A stretch of 64,000 nt of DNA from Entomortierella parvispora E1425 (GCA_020891255.1 BQFW01000008.1:1116001-1180000); one strand, 5' to 3'; shown: positions 22,003-34,764, counted from the first letter of the stretch. Program-made: numbers and translations. The notes: generated by a model from the letters alone, not told the origin.

Positions 22003-24117
22003 TCACAACGCGCGCCGGCGCCTCAGGTCTTGGTTCTGCTGGATCTGCTCCTTGGAGACCCAGAGGCCGTGGAATCCATAGGGGACGCGACGAGGGATCT
22101 TGACCTTGGCCACGGGCTCATGGTCCTGTCCAATCTTCTTGGCGTCAAAGATCCACAATTCTGTGACTTGGGCCTTGTCCTTCTTGACCAAACCCTGCTC
22201 CATCTGTCGCTCGTCGTACGTGTAGACGAGCAAATATCCGTCATCCTCATCTCCTGCACCGCCATCTAGACTGCTCTTGGAGACAAAGAGAGGTTCACTT
22301 CCAAAGATATGAGGCCCAAACTTGTGCACACTCGAGATTGTCTTTTCCATTTCTTGAAGACGGCTGGCTCCAATCTCCCAGGCCCCTTCGCCTTGACCAA
22401 CAGTTTCGTTTTTCGAGACCATCTGTCGCTTTTGCTCATTCACAGCCCCATAGTTGGTCTTGATAATGCCATCAAACTTGAAGCCTGACCCAGGGCTTGC
22501 GGGGGCCACGGCGGCACCATAGACAAACTTGAGCTGAGGATCCATGTAACGGTCATAGTTGATCATGGGGAACTCGGCACTGACGGTGGACAAGGTCGTG
22601 AGTTGAGTCTTGCCGGTCTTGAGATCAAAACGGAACAAGGTCATATAGGTCGCGTCTGGATCCTGTTGATCATAACGGCCCGAGCCAGGGGTTGCGTAAG
22701 TCGTCTCGTATTCCTCCTTGGTCTTGCCGCCGCCATACTCATTGGCCCTGGTGGGTTCCCAGAGATTCACATCCGCGACGAATCGAGCCGAACGACAGGC
22801 GGTCATGCAAACGGCCACGATGTTGCCCTCGGAATCACGTTCATCCCAAGAATTGGCGGTGTGGAAGATATGACAGGGCAGAGAGTCGAACCACTGGACC
22901 TTGTCCTTGGTTGCGTCAAAGTAACGGGGGATGATGCCAAAGCGAGATCGGACATCCGAGTCGAATGCAAAGATGGGCTTGCCATTCTTCGCGTGGTTAT
23001 GACCGTCAATGGTGTAGGGCAAGTTAAACAAGCTGGAAGGAACGAGATGTGAGAATTCCAAGGTCTAGTCATCATCAACTCTCTGTTTTTTGAAAGAACA
23101 AGACTTACATAGAATAGGTGGGCGTAATGGCAAAGTCGTGGGTCATGGTGGCCTTTGAGTAACCGGGGATGGGTTGCTCCCAAACCTTTCGCTTCCCGTC
23201 CGCAGACACCACGGAGTACTGCATGTAAGGAGCCTCGACGAGCCAGGCGAAAAAGATGATCTCTCCTGTGTTGGGATCGATCTAGTGTCCACAAAAGTAG
23301 AATACCAATTGGTGAGGTTAATTGTCTGTTCTTCCTTGTAAAAATCGCAGTTTGTATATCCATTGTCCTTACCTTTGGGTGAGCCGTCACTGCATGATGC
23401 CTACGCGTCTCCGGCACTGGGGCCGTAGCGTCCTCTTCAAAGTAATACTCGCCCACAGTGTTCAAACTGGGGACGCTGGTCTCGTGGGGCTTTCCGGCCT
23501 CTTGAAGGGCCAACAATCGCGATCCAAACCAGGTCAAGGCTGTATTGCCATTGCTGCTATTCTTTAATCCGAGAAGTCGCGCCTTGATGCGGAACCAAAA
23601 CATGTGCCAAAACAGTGTGAGCACAGAGTGGCCCTTGGACATGAGGAGGCCAAGCGAAACGTCCATGGCGCCGTATTTATTGGCCTTGTTGAAGACTTCG
23701 CTGCGGACCCATCGATTCATGTATCGGGGTTGAATCGCTTTGCTTGGCTCGCCAGGCTCAAAATAAACGCCGTGCAGCATGCCTGCAGACAACAAGAGGT
23801 GGTCAGTTGGCGGTTCAAACCATAACGATGCACAGATACCTCCTTTTTTTTTACTTACCTTCACCATCAAACCAGTGATGCCCTTCGGCTTCCTTGGGCA
23901 CGTTCAGCGAATTGGGACCCGTTCGGACATATTGCGAGCCACGCAGAGTCTCCGGGATAGTACCAACGACTTCGCACTCGATTCCGTCATCGCCCACAGT
24001 CTCCTCAAAGACAGGGTAAAAGTTTCCGGTCAGGTAAGGGTGAGGGTGTGCCTTTGTCCTGGGTTTGGTCCTGACTTTGATGTCGGGGGCAATAGCCGAG
24101 GTGGAGGATGAAGCCAT
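22003..24117 (-). CDS. Carotenoid cleavage oxygenase (RPE65/CCO family)
   Basis: Exons 24117-23859, 23782-23373, 23281-23109 and 23032-22003. Motifs PYLTGNFYPV, YVRTGPN, HWFDGEGMLHGV, TAHPK, MTHDFAIT, CHIFHTANSW, EFPMIN, SEPLFV, EDDGYLL and VPYGFHGLW. Confidence 0.93.
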
Positions 24118-24837
24118 TTTGAGGATGTTTCTATTCTCGCGTTCGAAAGAAGGTTCTGGGATGAAGATTGAGGGAGGGTGTGATGTGGGACAAGAAGGAG
24201 GGCGAAGGAAAGATGAGCGTCTTTATGGGATGTGGAGAAAAATGTCGTCTCTATTTGTACTTCTCGGTTCTGGTCTGGCTTTTGCGTCCTTCACGACCCA
24301 CAGACCAGCGTAGCTTCGATCAAACAGCCAGATGTCGCACAAGGTGTATGTAGAACAAGCGAGATCACGGCACGGAATTCATCCGTGGCCGAACCAAATT
24401 TTTTTTTTGTTCGCTTAATTCTTTTAAAGTGGGTTGGCGTTTTGGTTCAATTGGCTGCCCATTCACATCCGAGAAAAACTGACACCCCAACAAACAACCA
24501 CGCTCAAAATGGAATTATCCTTTGTAGCCAGATCGCATTACGACGGCAGCTCGATCTTCTAAACTTCGAAGCGCGACGGCACACTTCATTAAAACATAGA
24601 GAATCTCGGGCAAAATTTATCCAGCACGCACGCGCCAAGAACTTTTGCGCCGAGTTGTTGGTCGAGGCGAGTTTTTAGGACGCCAGGATGATTCACAGCA
24701 CTGCGGCCGACCAAGCATGAGGCCGATCCAAAACGTGACTCTGATCGTGTAACAGGGTTGTGACACTTTTCAATGCAATATTCATATGGAACATCTCTTT
24801 AATTCTCCTTTTTGGTTCTTGCGCAAGTCTTGTTATC

Positions 24838-25948
24838 TTATGCCTTTCCTGCTGCTGCTGCTGCCTTTTGCTCCTGCTGCTGGATTTGCATCTTGTATTG
24901 CATGACATCAACCAAGGCTAGAAAGAAAAGAAGAAAAAAAGAGAAGGGAGAACAGATCAGATCAGACATTATGCTAAGAAAAGTAACTTTGAGCGGTCCA
25001 TTGAGCATCCCGTCACCCTTTCTCCTTTATCCACGAGTCAAACACACTTACACCTCAGGTTGCCTTGTTTCTGGGCAACAGTAGACTGAATCTTTTCCAA
25101 GTTTTCTTTTACGAAATCAACCTTGGTGTTGTAGAATTTGATGGCATCTTCCGTGGTCTAATCATCAGAATGTCGGCGTGTAAGTAAATGGAAAACGAAA
25201 TAAAAGCCTCGCACTGTCCTCAATTGGTTGTTCCTCTGTGTACAGAAGCCAAATCAACGAGAAAGAAAAAAAAAAAAAAAAAAAGCTCAGGTCCAGAATC
25301 CAGATCCTGATCTGTCCAGAAATGGGCGACCATTTACCTTCTCGACATAGTATCCAGTTCCAATATCCACAATGACCTTCTTGACATCAGCCAACTTTCC
25401 AGGGACGTAGAGCGAGCTCGTTAATGGGACCAGGATGGTCTTGTCCTTGTTGGAATCATCCACGGCCTTGCAACTCTCGATACAATCCGCGAAACGGTTC
25501 TGAGCCTGCTTCAACTGTCCAAAAGATGAGGTCAAATGCGAGAGTTCCTAATGGGAGGAATCAATCCAGACAAACAGAGTATGGATCGAAGGTGGATACT
25601 TGGTTAAGATAAGAGACGAAAAATAAAAAGACGCGTCCTCTTGAATAAGGTCCCTGTCGACCGTTTCCACCGTTTGCCGTTGTCAAGTAGCTCCCTGTTT
25701 CGTGAAACATAACAGCGACGTCTAGAATAGAACCCGCACAGCTCTTCCCGAGCAACGACTCGTTCGGTCGAGAGAGGGACGAGATTCCTTGATGGGATCC
25801 TTCATTGTTCCTAGATGGGTTCCATGCGTGGTTCCAGTGCCCTCATGAAAGAGTTGGATGGGATTCTTACTTCTTCCAGCTGCTTCTTGACTTCCACGAG
25901 CTGCTGCAAGTCCAAGTCCTGGAGTTCAATCTTTTGCTGTTGTGCCAT
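24838..25948 (-). CDS. GIM5: Prefoldin subunit 5 (alpha type)
   Basis: Exons 25948-25871, 25547-25338, 25157-25052 and 24917-24838. Motifs DLDLQQLVEVKKQLEEELSHL and ILVPLTSSLYVPGKL..VIVDIGTGYYVEK. Confidence 0.93.
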
Positions 25949-26199
25949 GGCTGTCTGTGATGTGATCCTTTGCTTGTTCTGAGGGGTAAAGAATGGAGAT
26001 GAAGATGGGAAAGGGCGCTTTTCTTTCTTCGAGAAAAGGCACTTGAGGGGCGTGGTCCTGTTGTTGGCTTCTGTGACGTGCAAGGGTCCATTTGTCTGCT
26101 GTGCCTGTTCTTGTTCGCGTGGCTCTACTTTAGCGCTCATCCCTTCCTCCTCTCTCCTTCCCAAGCCTCCAAAGAGGTCATCGCGCGCCAAGGCCACAC

Positions 26200-27491
26200 A
26201 CGGAGGCAACTCAGGATGGACTCGTCGCTGGAAATGTGCCCAAAGACAAGGCCGAATCCCTGCCTGAGGACAGCGCCACCCATTCCTTGAAGGCGATCTT
26301 GGAGCGGTCGGCCAAAAGGACAAGGGTGTGTTTTGCCGAGGATCAGGAAAACATCAATGCTGCACTGACAGGCGGGCAGACCAGGTAAAGCAAAGCGGAA
26401 TCATATTCTCGTTCCCTGAAAAAGCCCCAATGTGGTCGGATAAAGATCAATGCGCTCACTTTTATTTCTTATCGAAGGTTTGCAGTCAGCGCGTCAAACT
26501 TCAGTCCATGATCTATGACGAGTACCGACAAGTCCTCCATACCTCTTCTCCTGTGGTGACGACAAAATGGTCAAATGCTGGGATTTGGAGACCAAGAAGG
26601 TCATTCATCACTACCACGGACACCCTACTTTGGACGTCGTTGTCACCTCAGGACGCGCCGCCACTACTTGAGTACTTTTTGTTTGTTTGTGTTTGTGTAT
26701 TGACGGTGTGTCTGATAGTTTACGTGGAGGAGGTGAAGATGGCGCTGATAGGATTGTTTTTCTCTCTCTTTCGTACGGTTAGGTCTGGGACATGCGGACA
26801 AAACGGGCGGTACATACATTGTCAGCCCACACAGGAACAGCAAGTGCTGTCAAATGTCAGGAAGCCGACCCTCAGGTCATCACCTCATCCATGGACAGCA
26901 CGGTTCGTCTCTGGGATCTTGCATCAGGAAAGACCATGACGACCTTGACCCATCACAAGAAGAGTGTGCGCGTCATGGCGCTCCACCCCACAGAGTTTAC
27001 GTTTGCAACAGCCAGTCCTGACAACATCAAGCAGTGGAAATGCCCCGAGGGACAGTTCATGCGGAATTTTGAAGGCCCAGGAGGCGTCACTGGAGGTGGA
27101 GGCATTGTGAATGCCATGGCTGTCAATGCCGATAATGTCGTGTTCACAGGATGTAAGGTGCTCCACAGATATGAGTCCCAGTCCAGTCCTAGTTATGTTG
27201 GAATCTCCTTTTTCTCCAAAAAAAAAAAAAAAAAAAATAGCGGACAATGGCGCCATGGGCTTTTGGGACTGGAAATCAGGTCATAAATTCCAAAGATTGG
27301 ATTCACTTGTGCAGCCTGGATCGTTAGACAGTGAAGCTGGCATCGTTTGCGCCGAGTTTGACAAGACTGGGCTGCGACTCATTACAGGAGAGGCTGATAA
27401 GAGGATCAAAATCTGGAAGGAAGATGACCAAGCAACACCAGAGACTCATGCCTTGGATTGGAAGCCCTTGTTTTTGAGAAAGCGTTACTGA
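26200..27491 (+). pseudogene. PRP46: Disrupted pre-mRNA splicing factor PRP46/PLRG1 (WD40)
   Basis: Recognisable segments [70 protein letters not shown] and [12 protein letters not shown]. There is no in-frame ATG (ACG at 26200-26202), a frame change at about 26536 where WD1-2 should be, a missing HGH-[..]-HPT segment at about 26623, and an in-frame TGA at 26669-26671. Confidence 0.85.
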
Positions 27492-27954
27492 TCGATTGTA
27501 TCTTCATCTACCTAAAAAAATAATACCTTTTCATACACTGTACAATAATAAACCACTATTTTCGCAACAACACCATAGTTTTATTTGAGATCAAGAACAA
27601 TCAGAGATAGAAACCATGACGGAAAGAGAAAGAAAAGGAAAGAGGAAAAAAAAAAGAAAAAAAAAGGGGAGAATATAAATACACGCGCGGAAATGATGCC
27701 TTCATTAGTAAGGGTAGAGGGGAGCAACAAAATAAAAGAAGTGAATCCTGTAAGGTGGGCGATTTTTTTTTCCGGGTTTGATACAAGTAAGGCGTGTAGC
27801 AAGAACACGAGAGATGCAAAGAAGGAGAGAAAAGAAATAGTACCAGGATAGTGTACAAGTACAGGTCAGGCAGAAGAAAGAATGAAAAAAAGCAGAGAAA
27901 AAAAAGGAGAGTGAAATAAAGGCAATTGAACAGGCAAGAGTGGCTGCAGGGCCG

Positions 27955-29900
27955 TTACTTCTTTGGTTGCTGCTGCTGTTGTTGTTGTTGTTGCTGCTGT
28001 TGCAGGGCCAATTGCTGTTGCTGTTGAAGCGCCAATGCTTGTTGCTGTTGCTGCTGTTGTTGTTGTTGCTGCTGCTGCAAGGCCTGTTGCTGTTGTTGAA
28101 TCACCATAGCCTGCTGCTGCTGCTGCTGTTGCAAAGCCATCTGCTGGCGCTGCTGCTGCAGTAATTGCTGCTGCAACATTTGTTGCTTCTGTTGTTGCAA
28201 CTTTTGCTGAGGAAGCAACTGTTGCTGCTGCAACTGCTGCAACTTTTGCTGTGCCAATTGGGCCCCCGCAACTGACTGACTATTCGCAAGTCCTTGAACT
28301 TGAGCCTGTCCAGCCTGTTGTTGCGCCATCTGAGGTGAAGCCTGCTGCTGCTGAAGTGCTCCATTCAACTGCTGATTGTTTTGCTGTTGTTGCTGGAGCA
28401 TGAGAAGCTGCTGCTGTTGCTGCTGTTGGTGTTGGGCAGCTGAGATGGCCTGAGCAGCTTGGTGGCGGCTTTCGAAGAATCGCAATAGCTGTTGCTGGGC
28501 CTGGGCCTCTGCCTGAACACGGGGCAGATTTGGGTAGTACTGAGCTAGCTGGGCAATCATCTGAGGCGTTGGGGCTGTGGGCATTGAAGCTGCTGCGGCC
28601 ATTGGGGGAGTAGATATGCCATTAGCACCGGCGGCGGCCTGTTGTTGCTGCAATTGCTGCTTCTGCAACTGCTGCTGTTGCTGAAGAGCTTGCTGCTGTT
28701 GCTGTAATTGCTGGGGCTGGGCATTGCCCATAACAGGTGTCTGGGAGGCGGTGGGTGCTGCTCCTGAAGTTGCCGCGGTCGCAGAGTGAAAGAGGGGGCT
28801 GTTCACTGCACCAGCTGCCATCACAGGGGTACTTCCACCCTTTGCAGCACCATTCGCGTTCATTGTCTGAGCTGGCTTGTTTCCATTGTTCACGATTCCG
28901 CCATTAAGGACAGGTGTCGAAGGTGTGGCAGCGCCAGAGGAGTTTGCAGATCCAGCACTGTTTGTTCTATTAACATTGGCACCAGCTTGGTTGATCGACT
29001 CTCCAGGAGTGCTTGGTCCGCTGGGCAGTGTTGGGGTCATGCCTCCCATTTGAGCAGTGGAAGCCTGTCGAGGGGATCCAGTCGGCGTCTTGATCTGCTG
29101 AAGCTGGGCGACTTGCTGCTGCTGCTTTTGCTGTAATGCCTGCTGTTGCTGCTGTTGGATTTGTTGCTGCTGCTGGTGAAGAAGCTGGGCTTGTGCTGCT
29201 CGCTGCGCCTGGGCCTGAGCCTGAGCCTGGAGCTGCTGCTGTTGATGAAGCTGTTGCATCTGCTGCTGTTGCAACTGTTGTTGTTGTTGCTTTTGAGCAT
29301 GGAGTTGCTGGGCTGCCATCTGCTGGGCCTGCTGCTGCTGAGCTTGCTGCAACTGGAGCTGCTGGGCCAAAAGCTGCTGTTGCTGTTGCGCTTGAACCTG
29401 AGCTTGCAAGTGATGGGCCTGCATGGATGGGCTAGCAAATCCAGGCATGGGCGACGTCATAGGGCGTGCAAGAGGCGAAGAAGAGACTTGCTGCTGTTGC
29501 TGCTGAAGTTGCTGTTGCTGTAACTGCTGAGCTTGAGCTTGAGCCTGCGCCTGAGCCTGTTGTTGCTGCAATGCTTGGAGCTGATGTTGTCGAATATAAA
29601 CTTGAATCTGTGGACTCGACATGGACAGTCCAGGGTTGGCTCGGATAAACGCAAGGGCCTGCTGGCTGAGACCTGCAGGGAGTGCCATCTGCTGCACCTG
29701 TCCCGCTTGACCCTGGCCCTGCGACTGTGCTTGGACCTGAGCTTGCGCCTGCGCCTGTTGCTGCTGCTGAAGTTGTTGTTGCTGAATCTGCAACTGCTGC
29801 TGCTGTTGGAGTTGTTGAAGCTGGAGTTGCTGCTGTTGCTGGAGCTGTTGTTGCTGTAGCTGCAGTTGTACCTGGGCCTGAGCGTGTTGCACCTGCTGTG
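27955..29900 (-). repeat. Coding CAG/CAA trinucleotide arrays (poly-Q and QA runs)
   Basis: Many (CAG/CAA)n and (CAG GCN)n tracts in the last EAF1 exon. Confidence 0.9.
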
Positions 29901-32900
29901 CCTGTGCCTGGGATTGAGCTTGTACTTGGGCTTGTGCCTGGATCTGAGCTTGCGCTTGTTGGGCGTTCAAAGGGCGAACGCCAGCTTTGGCCTGTGGCGA
30001 CATATGTGCAGGGCGCTGTTGAGCGGCGGCCACCTGGGCCATGGCTGGGCGCGCCAACTGCTGAACGGCATCCATCGGAGAGGCTCCGGCCGGAACAGCA
30101 GGCTAAAAAGGATAATGTAAATAGGTCATTAGATCGCTGTGACCAAGGCTGAGCAACGAATCCTTTCCTCACACAACTACGACTTACCCTTGCAAGAGCC
30201 AAGGAAGCTGCATGTCGTTGCCGTTGATCAAGCTCAATCTGACTCTTGTGGCGATCTCGGTCAGACTTGAACTTGCTGAGATCTGCAGGCGTCAATGGAA
30301 CGGATCCACCCATCTTGGGGCTTTGTCCTTCTTGGCCATTCATGGCTGCCTTCTTACTTGCAGCAGCGGCGGCGGCTACTGGAGCTAAAAAGAGTAAAGA
30401 GGGTAGAGAGAAAGAGAGGAGAGCATCAGCGAAAGAGTTAAATTTAATGCAAAAAGCGAGGTCGAATTCCATTCATTCACAGACTGAAACGTACCTGCAT
30501 TGACTCTGTTTTGAGTGGCTTCACGCTTCTTTGAGGCCTTTTTCATAGCCTCCAGCAATCCCAGAGAGCGCTGCGTCTTCTTGGCAAGATCGACTTTGAT
30601 GGGGGTAAGAATCTTCTTTCCATCCTTGTCCTTGCGTGCCTTTGGAGAAGGAGGGGTGGATCCTGCTGCGCTGTTGGGTAGGCTGCCAATGGGGATAAGT
30701 CCCGCACCATTCTCTGCAGAGTTGCCATTCGATCCAGAAGTGGATCCTTCCTTCTTCGACCATTTTTCGTAACAGTCCCAAGGTGTCCGACGCTCCGAGG
30801 AGATAATGGGTCCTCGCATGTTGTTGAAGAGATCCGAGATAAGGTCCCAGTTGTACTGGAAAGGCTTGATGAGCGTCATCAAGAGGTCTTCCTCATCGCC
30901 TGACCAAATAACTGGCGTCTTTAAAGCCAGGGGGCCAGGGGGTGCGGGGCGCCGGATGGGGGTCATGGGCATATCCTTTGCTTTCTTTGGCTGGAAAAGA
31001 ACTGGAACGATCCGAGCTGGCTCTGTACCAGGGAGTGCAGTGATGTGCTTGCCCTCCAATCGGGGAACGCGAGCATCTTCCTCGTCAAAGTCGTCCATTT
31101 CTGCGTGGGGCTCCCTCTTGCGCTTAATGTACACAATTTGCGAAGCAACGGGGCCAAAGTCCAGGGCAGGGGGCTTTGAGGCCATGAGTTTGCTGATCAT
31201 GGTAACACGACCGTATTCGGCAGCATCCACGTAGGCATCGTTGTCATCTGGATTAGGAGGTCCATACATAGGCAGATCTGGGAAAAGAGCGTTCAGATCA
31301 AGAGTGCCAATGGGCGCTCCTCCCAATAATGGCTCCAGATTGTCAAGACTGTACACCGTCACCCTGGCATCCAGCTCCAAGATGTGTGGTCTGCAACTCT
31401 GCACCACAGATGGCGCCAGTGGTGGTGGCATCATCAAGAAGTCGTCCTTTGCATTGTCCTTCAGCTTAGGCACAAGAGCCTTGCTATCCTCTTCATTGGC
31501 TGTGACGTCGGCTGCACCGGCTTCACTAGGAGCGGCCATTGGTTTGTCATCTGTTTCCATTTTGACAACGGCTTCAGTGTCTCCATCTTGCGGAGTAGCT
31601 TCAGTATCTGCGGCAGCAGCCACTGGTTCGGTGACCATGGCTTCATCCACAAAGTCTTCCATCTTGACGTTGTCCTCAATTGCTTTGGCTGGCGACTCTG
31701 ACTCCGCAGAAGACATCACAACATCAGTTGAGCGCTCGACAATAGCGCGGCGCTAAACAACAAAAGATTAAAAGTCAATGAGTACCCATAGTTACAACAA
31801 CAATGACCCTTTTGGTGCCGCAGGCAACGGTGTTTCAACTTACAGAGATACACACGGCGGTCTTGTCCTCTGCTTCGTGCCAAGCCATCACCCATCTGGA
31901 CACTTGGAACGCAGTGGCAATCTTCCATCTCCGTTCCTCTTTAAAATCTACTTGGTTCCACTTCATTTCATCCAAGAGGTGGTCCCAATGCGTCTTTGTC
32001 CTGGCGGGGCCTCGGTGCTTTTTGATCTGTTTAAAGCTCCAGCGGTTTCCAGCTTTGAGCGTTTCTATCCGCTGCATCGCCCTCATCAGCTTGAGTTCTT
32101 CACGTGCCACCTTCCAGTCCTTGGTGGTAAGCACTTTGCTTGCAGTCTGTAATGCCTTGTAGATTGGTTGAGATTGTGCTTTGAGTTGCCATGCATACAG
32201 GTCCACATGCTTTGGCAACTTTAGGTGAACAGAGCCATCTGTGTCCCCACGGTCATGTCGCGAACTGTATCGAGAATCGGACCGTTTCATGATGACAGGG
32301 GTGGTGGTAGGCAGTGCGTGTTTCTTGGTCGTGTTCAGCTTTAGACCAGCAAACTTGCTTGCAGACGAAAGAGATCCATTGCTGCTGTGAGATGGCAATG
32401 GGGGACGCTGCGCTACTCCGTTCGACTCTGAGGTAGTGGTCGATGGTGTGAGGATATTAGACCCGACAGAGCCAGAGGGAGATGTGGGACCAGGTGATGA
32501 GGCATCCTGTTGTGACACGCGAGCACCTGGTGCGGTGGGAGAGCGTTCGGCACCAGTTCCCAGAATTTCGTCAACGCTCCTATGACGGATAGCACCGCTG
32601 ACGCCTCGGGTGACCATACGTTCCGGTGGAGGTAGCATCCGCTTCAGTTTTCTTGAAGGAGAAGTGTCTGCAGAGTTGGGCGTGCCTCCTGGCGTGCTTC
32701 CTGGAGTGCTTCCTGGTGTCCTTGGTTCCGGGGTCATTTGTCGATCCTGGAGGTCGTCGTGACTGGGTTCTGGAGTAGCTGCATTAGATTTTGGCGAAGG
32801 ATGATTGTCATCGTAATGGATTTTTGTCGCATCAACGCTGGGTATTGTGGGTGTAAGCTCTCGTTTGATGTTGGTCTCTTTTTCATCCAAATTCCTGGAC

Positions 32901-33610
32901 TCTTCCGTCTCGGCCTCCATGATCTCCATGGGTGAGTCTGATGTCAAGTCTGGGACAACGACTGCGCTTTCAGTTGGAGTCATGACGGTGGGGGTGAGAC
33001 TTTCCATCTTGACCAGCATCTCAGGGTCGGCCATTGTGATATCCTCGTCTTCTAGTACACCTGCGCTGGGGTCGGTCCTATGACAAGCACGCACTGACGC
33101 ATTAATAGCAAGACCATTTGGCAAAGCACCAAAGAGTACTAACAGTTTTTGCAAGCCTGCCCAAAAACAAAAAAGCAAAAAAAAAAACTCACTCTGACAG
33201 CTTGTGGTCCTCCTGGAATGTTCTTAGCTTCTCTTCGTCAATTTTTGAGAAATCCTGTTCTGGGTCCAGGCTCGATTCTGTTCCTGCGACTTGGGTCATG
33301 TAAAAGAACTGCTTCAAAAGAAAATCTCTCCGGACAAGGATATCACTTTAGGAACAAAAGAGAAGAGGTGAGAGACAATGAGGAGTCAGTGACACGTATT
33401 CGGCCCTTGATCTGGTAGTCTTCATACGACTCTTCACGTACTCAATCTGATCTTGATGCGATTTCTCGGTCTGCAGCCGCATCTTAATTAGCTGTGACAA
33501 CTGGACAGAGAGAGAAGAGTAGTAAAGTCAGTAGAAAGTTGAGATGCAGAGCGACTTTTGAAATGGCATTTGGGCTTTCATGTCCTTACAGCTCCGTTCA
33601 CCTCTGTCAT
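27955..33610 (-). CDS. EAF1: NuA4 scaffold subunit EAF1/Vid21 (HSA and SANT/Myb domains, poly-Q tail)
   Basis: HSA region (AREELKLMRAMQRIETLK..WSFKQ..THWDHLLDEMKW..DFKEERRWK) and SANT (WSGDEEDLL..YNWDLI..RRTPWDCYEKW). In-phase GT-AG introns from ATG 33610; the last exon 30102-27955 is Q/A-rich. Confidence 0.9.
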
Positions 33611-34764
33611 ACTGAGGGAACTCTTGACAACGTTACGCGTTTGACTATCAGGCAAACGCCGGTCCAAGTGGAGTTCCCTAATGGATCTTTAGAGCGGGCG
33701 TGGTTGTGTTCAGGCAAAGGAGTCTATTGCCTTTATCGGTGGGTTTCGGGATAGGCGGGAGTAGGTTTGTTGACAGACTGGTTTTTGATGATGTAGAGTG
33801 TGTTGGCCTATATATACAAAGAAGTGAGTAGAGGAATAAGTAAGCCCGCACGCGTTTGCCACCAAAGAGGACAGGACATCTGCATACTGCACCCATGCAA
33901 GTGATATATATGATGCAAACAAGTTAAATCCTGACCAGGATGCACATGACCCAACACAAAAAAGAGGAGGAAATAAAGGGGAAGGGAAGTGGGCGGGATG
34001 AAATTGGCGGGGGGCGCGGGGCGGGAGGGAAGAGCGCAGCCGATAAGCAGAGGGAGAAAATTTTTTTTTGCACGGCGGGAGACCAGACAAAAGGCTGCAC
34101 AACAGTGACGGACCTGTGCCAAAAAGTGACAGAGGGAAGGGGGGAGGAAAGAGAGAGACTGGGCCCAAAACAAAGGCTTCTGATGCATGGGGTGCAGGCA
34201 GTGATGTGGATGCATCCGCTGCATGGATCATGGCCGGGACATCTTACCCTTGGATGCAGAGGATGACGAGGGGGCAACGCAGGACGGACGACGGATGATT
34301 AATCGAAAAAAGTGTGGGTGGATGTGAAGCGGGTTGCTTTGTGGCAAGATGATGATACCAAAAAAATGATTCTTTTTTCTTGGCTGGGCCTCGCTGCAAG
34401 CCTGGTCTGAGAGCGTGCAAGAGGGTTCTTGACTTGAGCGAAAGGTTCTTTTTTGTTCGTTTCCGCTCCTTCTCTCCCACAGTGGCGACGAGGGGTTTTT
34501 TCCTTCCTTTTCTTCGCCTTGTGTTCCCCCCCTTCCGCTCCCAGCTCCCTTTCCCCCCTCTTTGGTTCGTCATATCATAATATAACCTGTGCGATCAAAA
34601 TAAACTGTGACGTTCATAAAAGAATTTATCGTTGCTGCTGCTCATTTGCCACCAAATTCTAGCTGCAGCGGTAGAGTTTGGAAACATTCTTGACTTTCTG
34701 GACATTGCAATCTGCTGTGGTTTCTTTTATCTTCACATATTGCAACTTTAAGATATATTGTATT

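Noticed and set aside
26669-26671. TGA in PRP46 as a selenocysteine or readthrough codon
   Set aside because: It aligns with a conserved Arg rather than Cys, lies downstream of a frameshift, and no SECIS-like element is evident.
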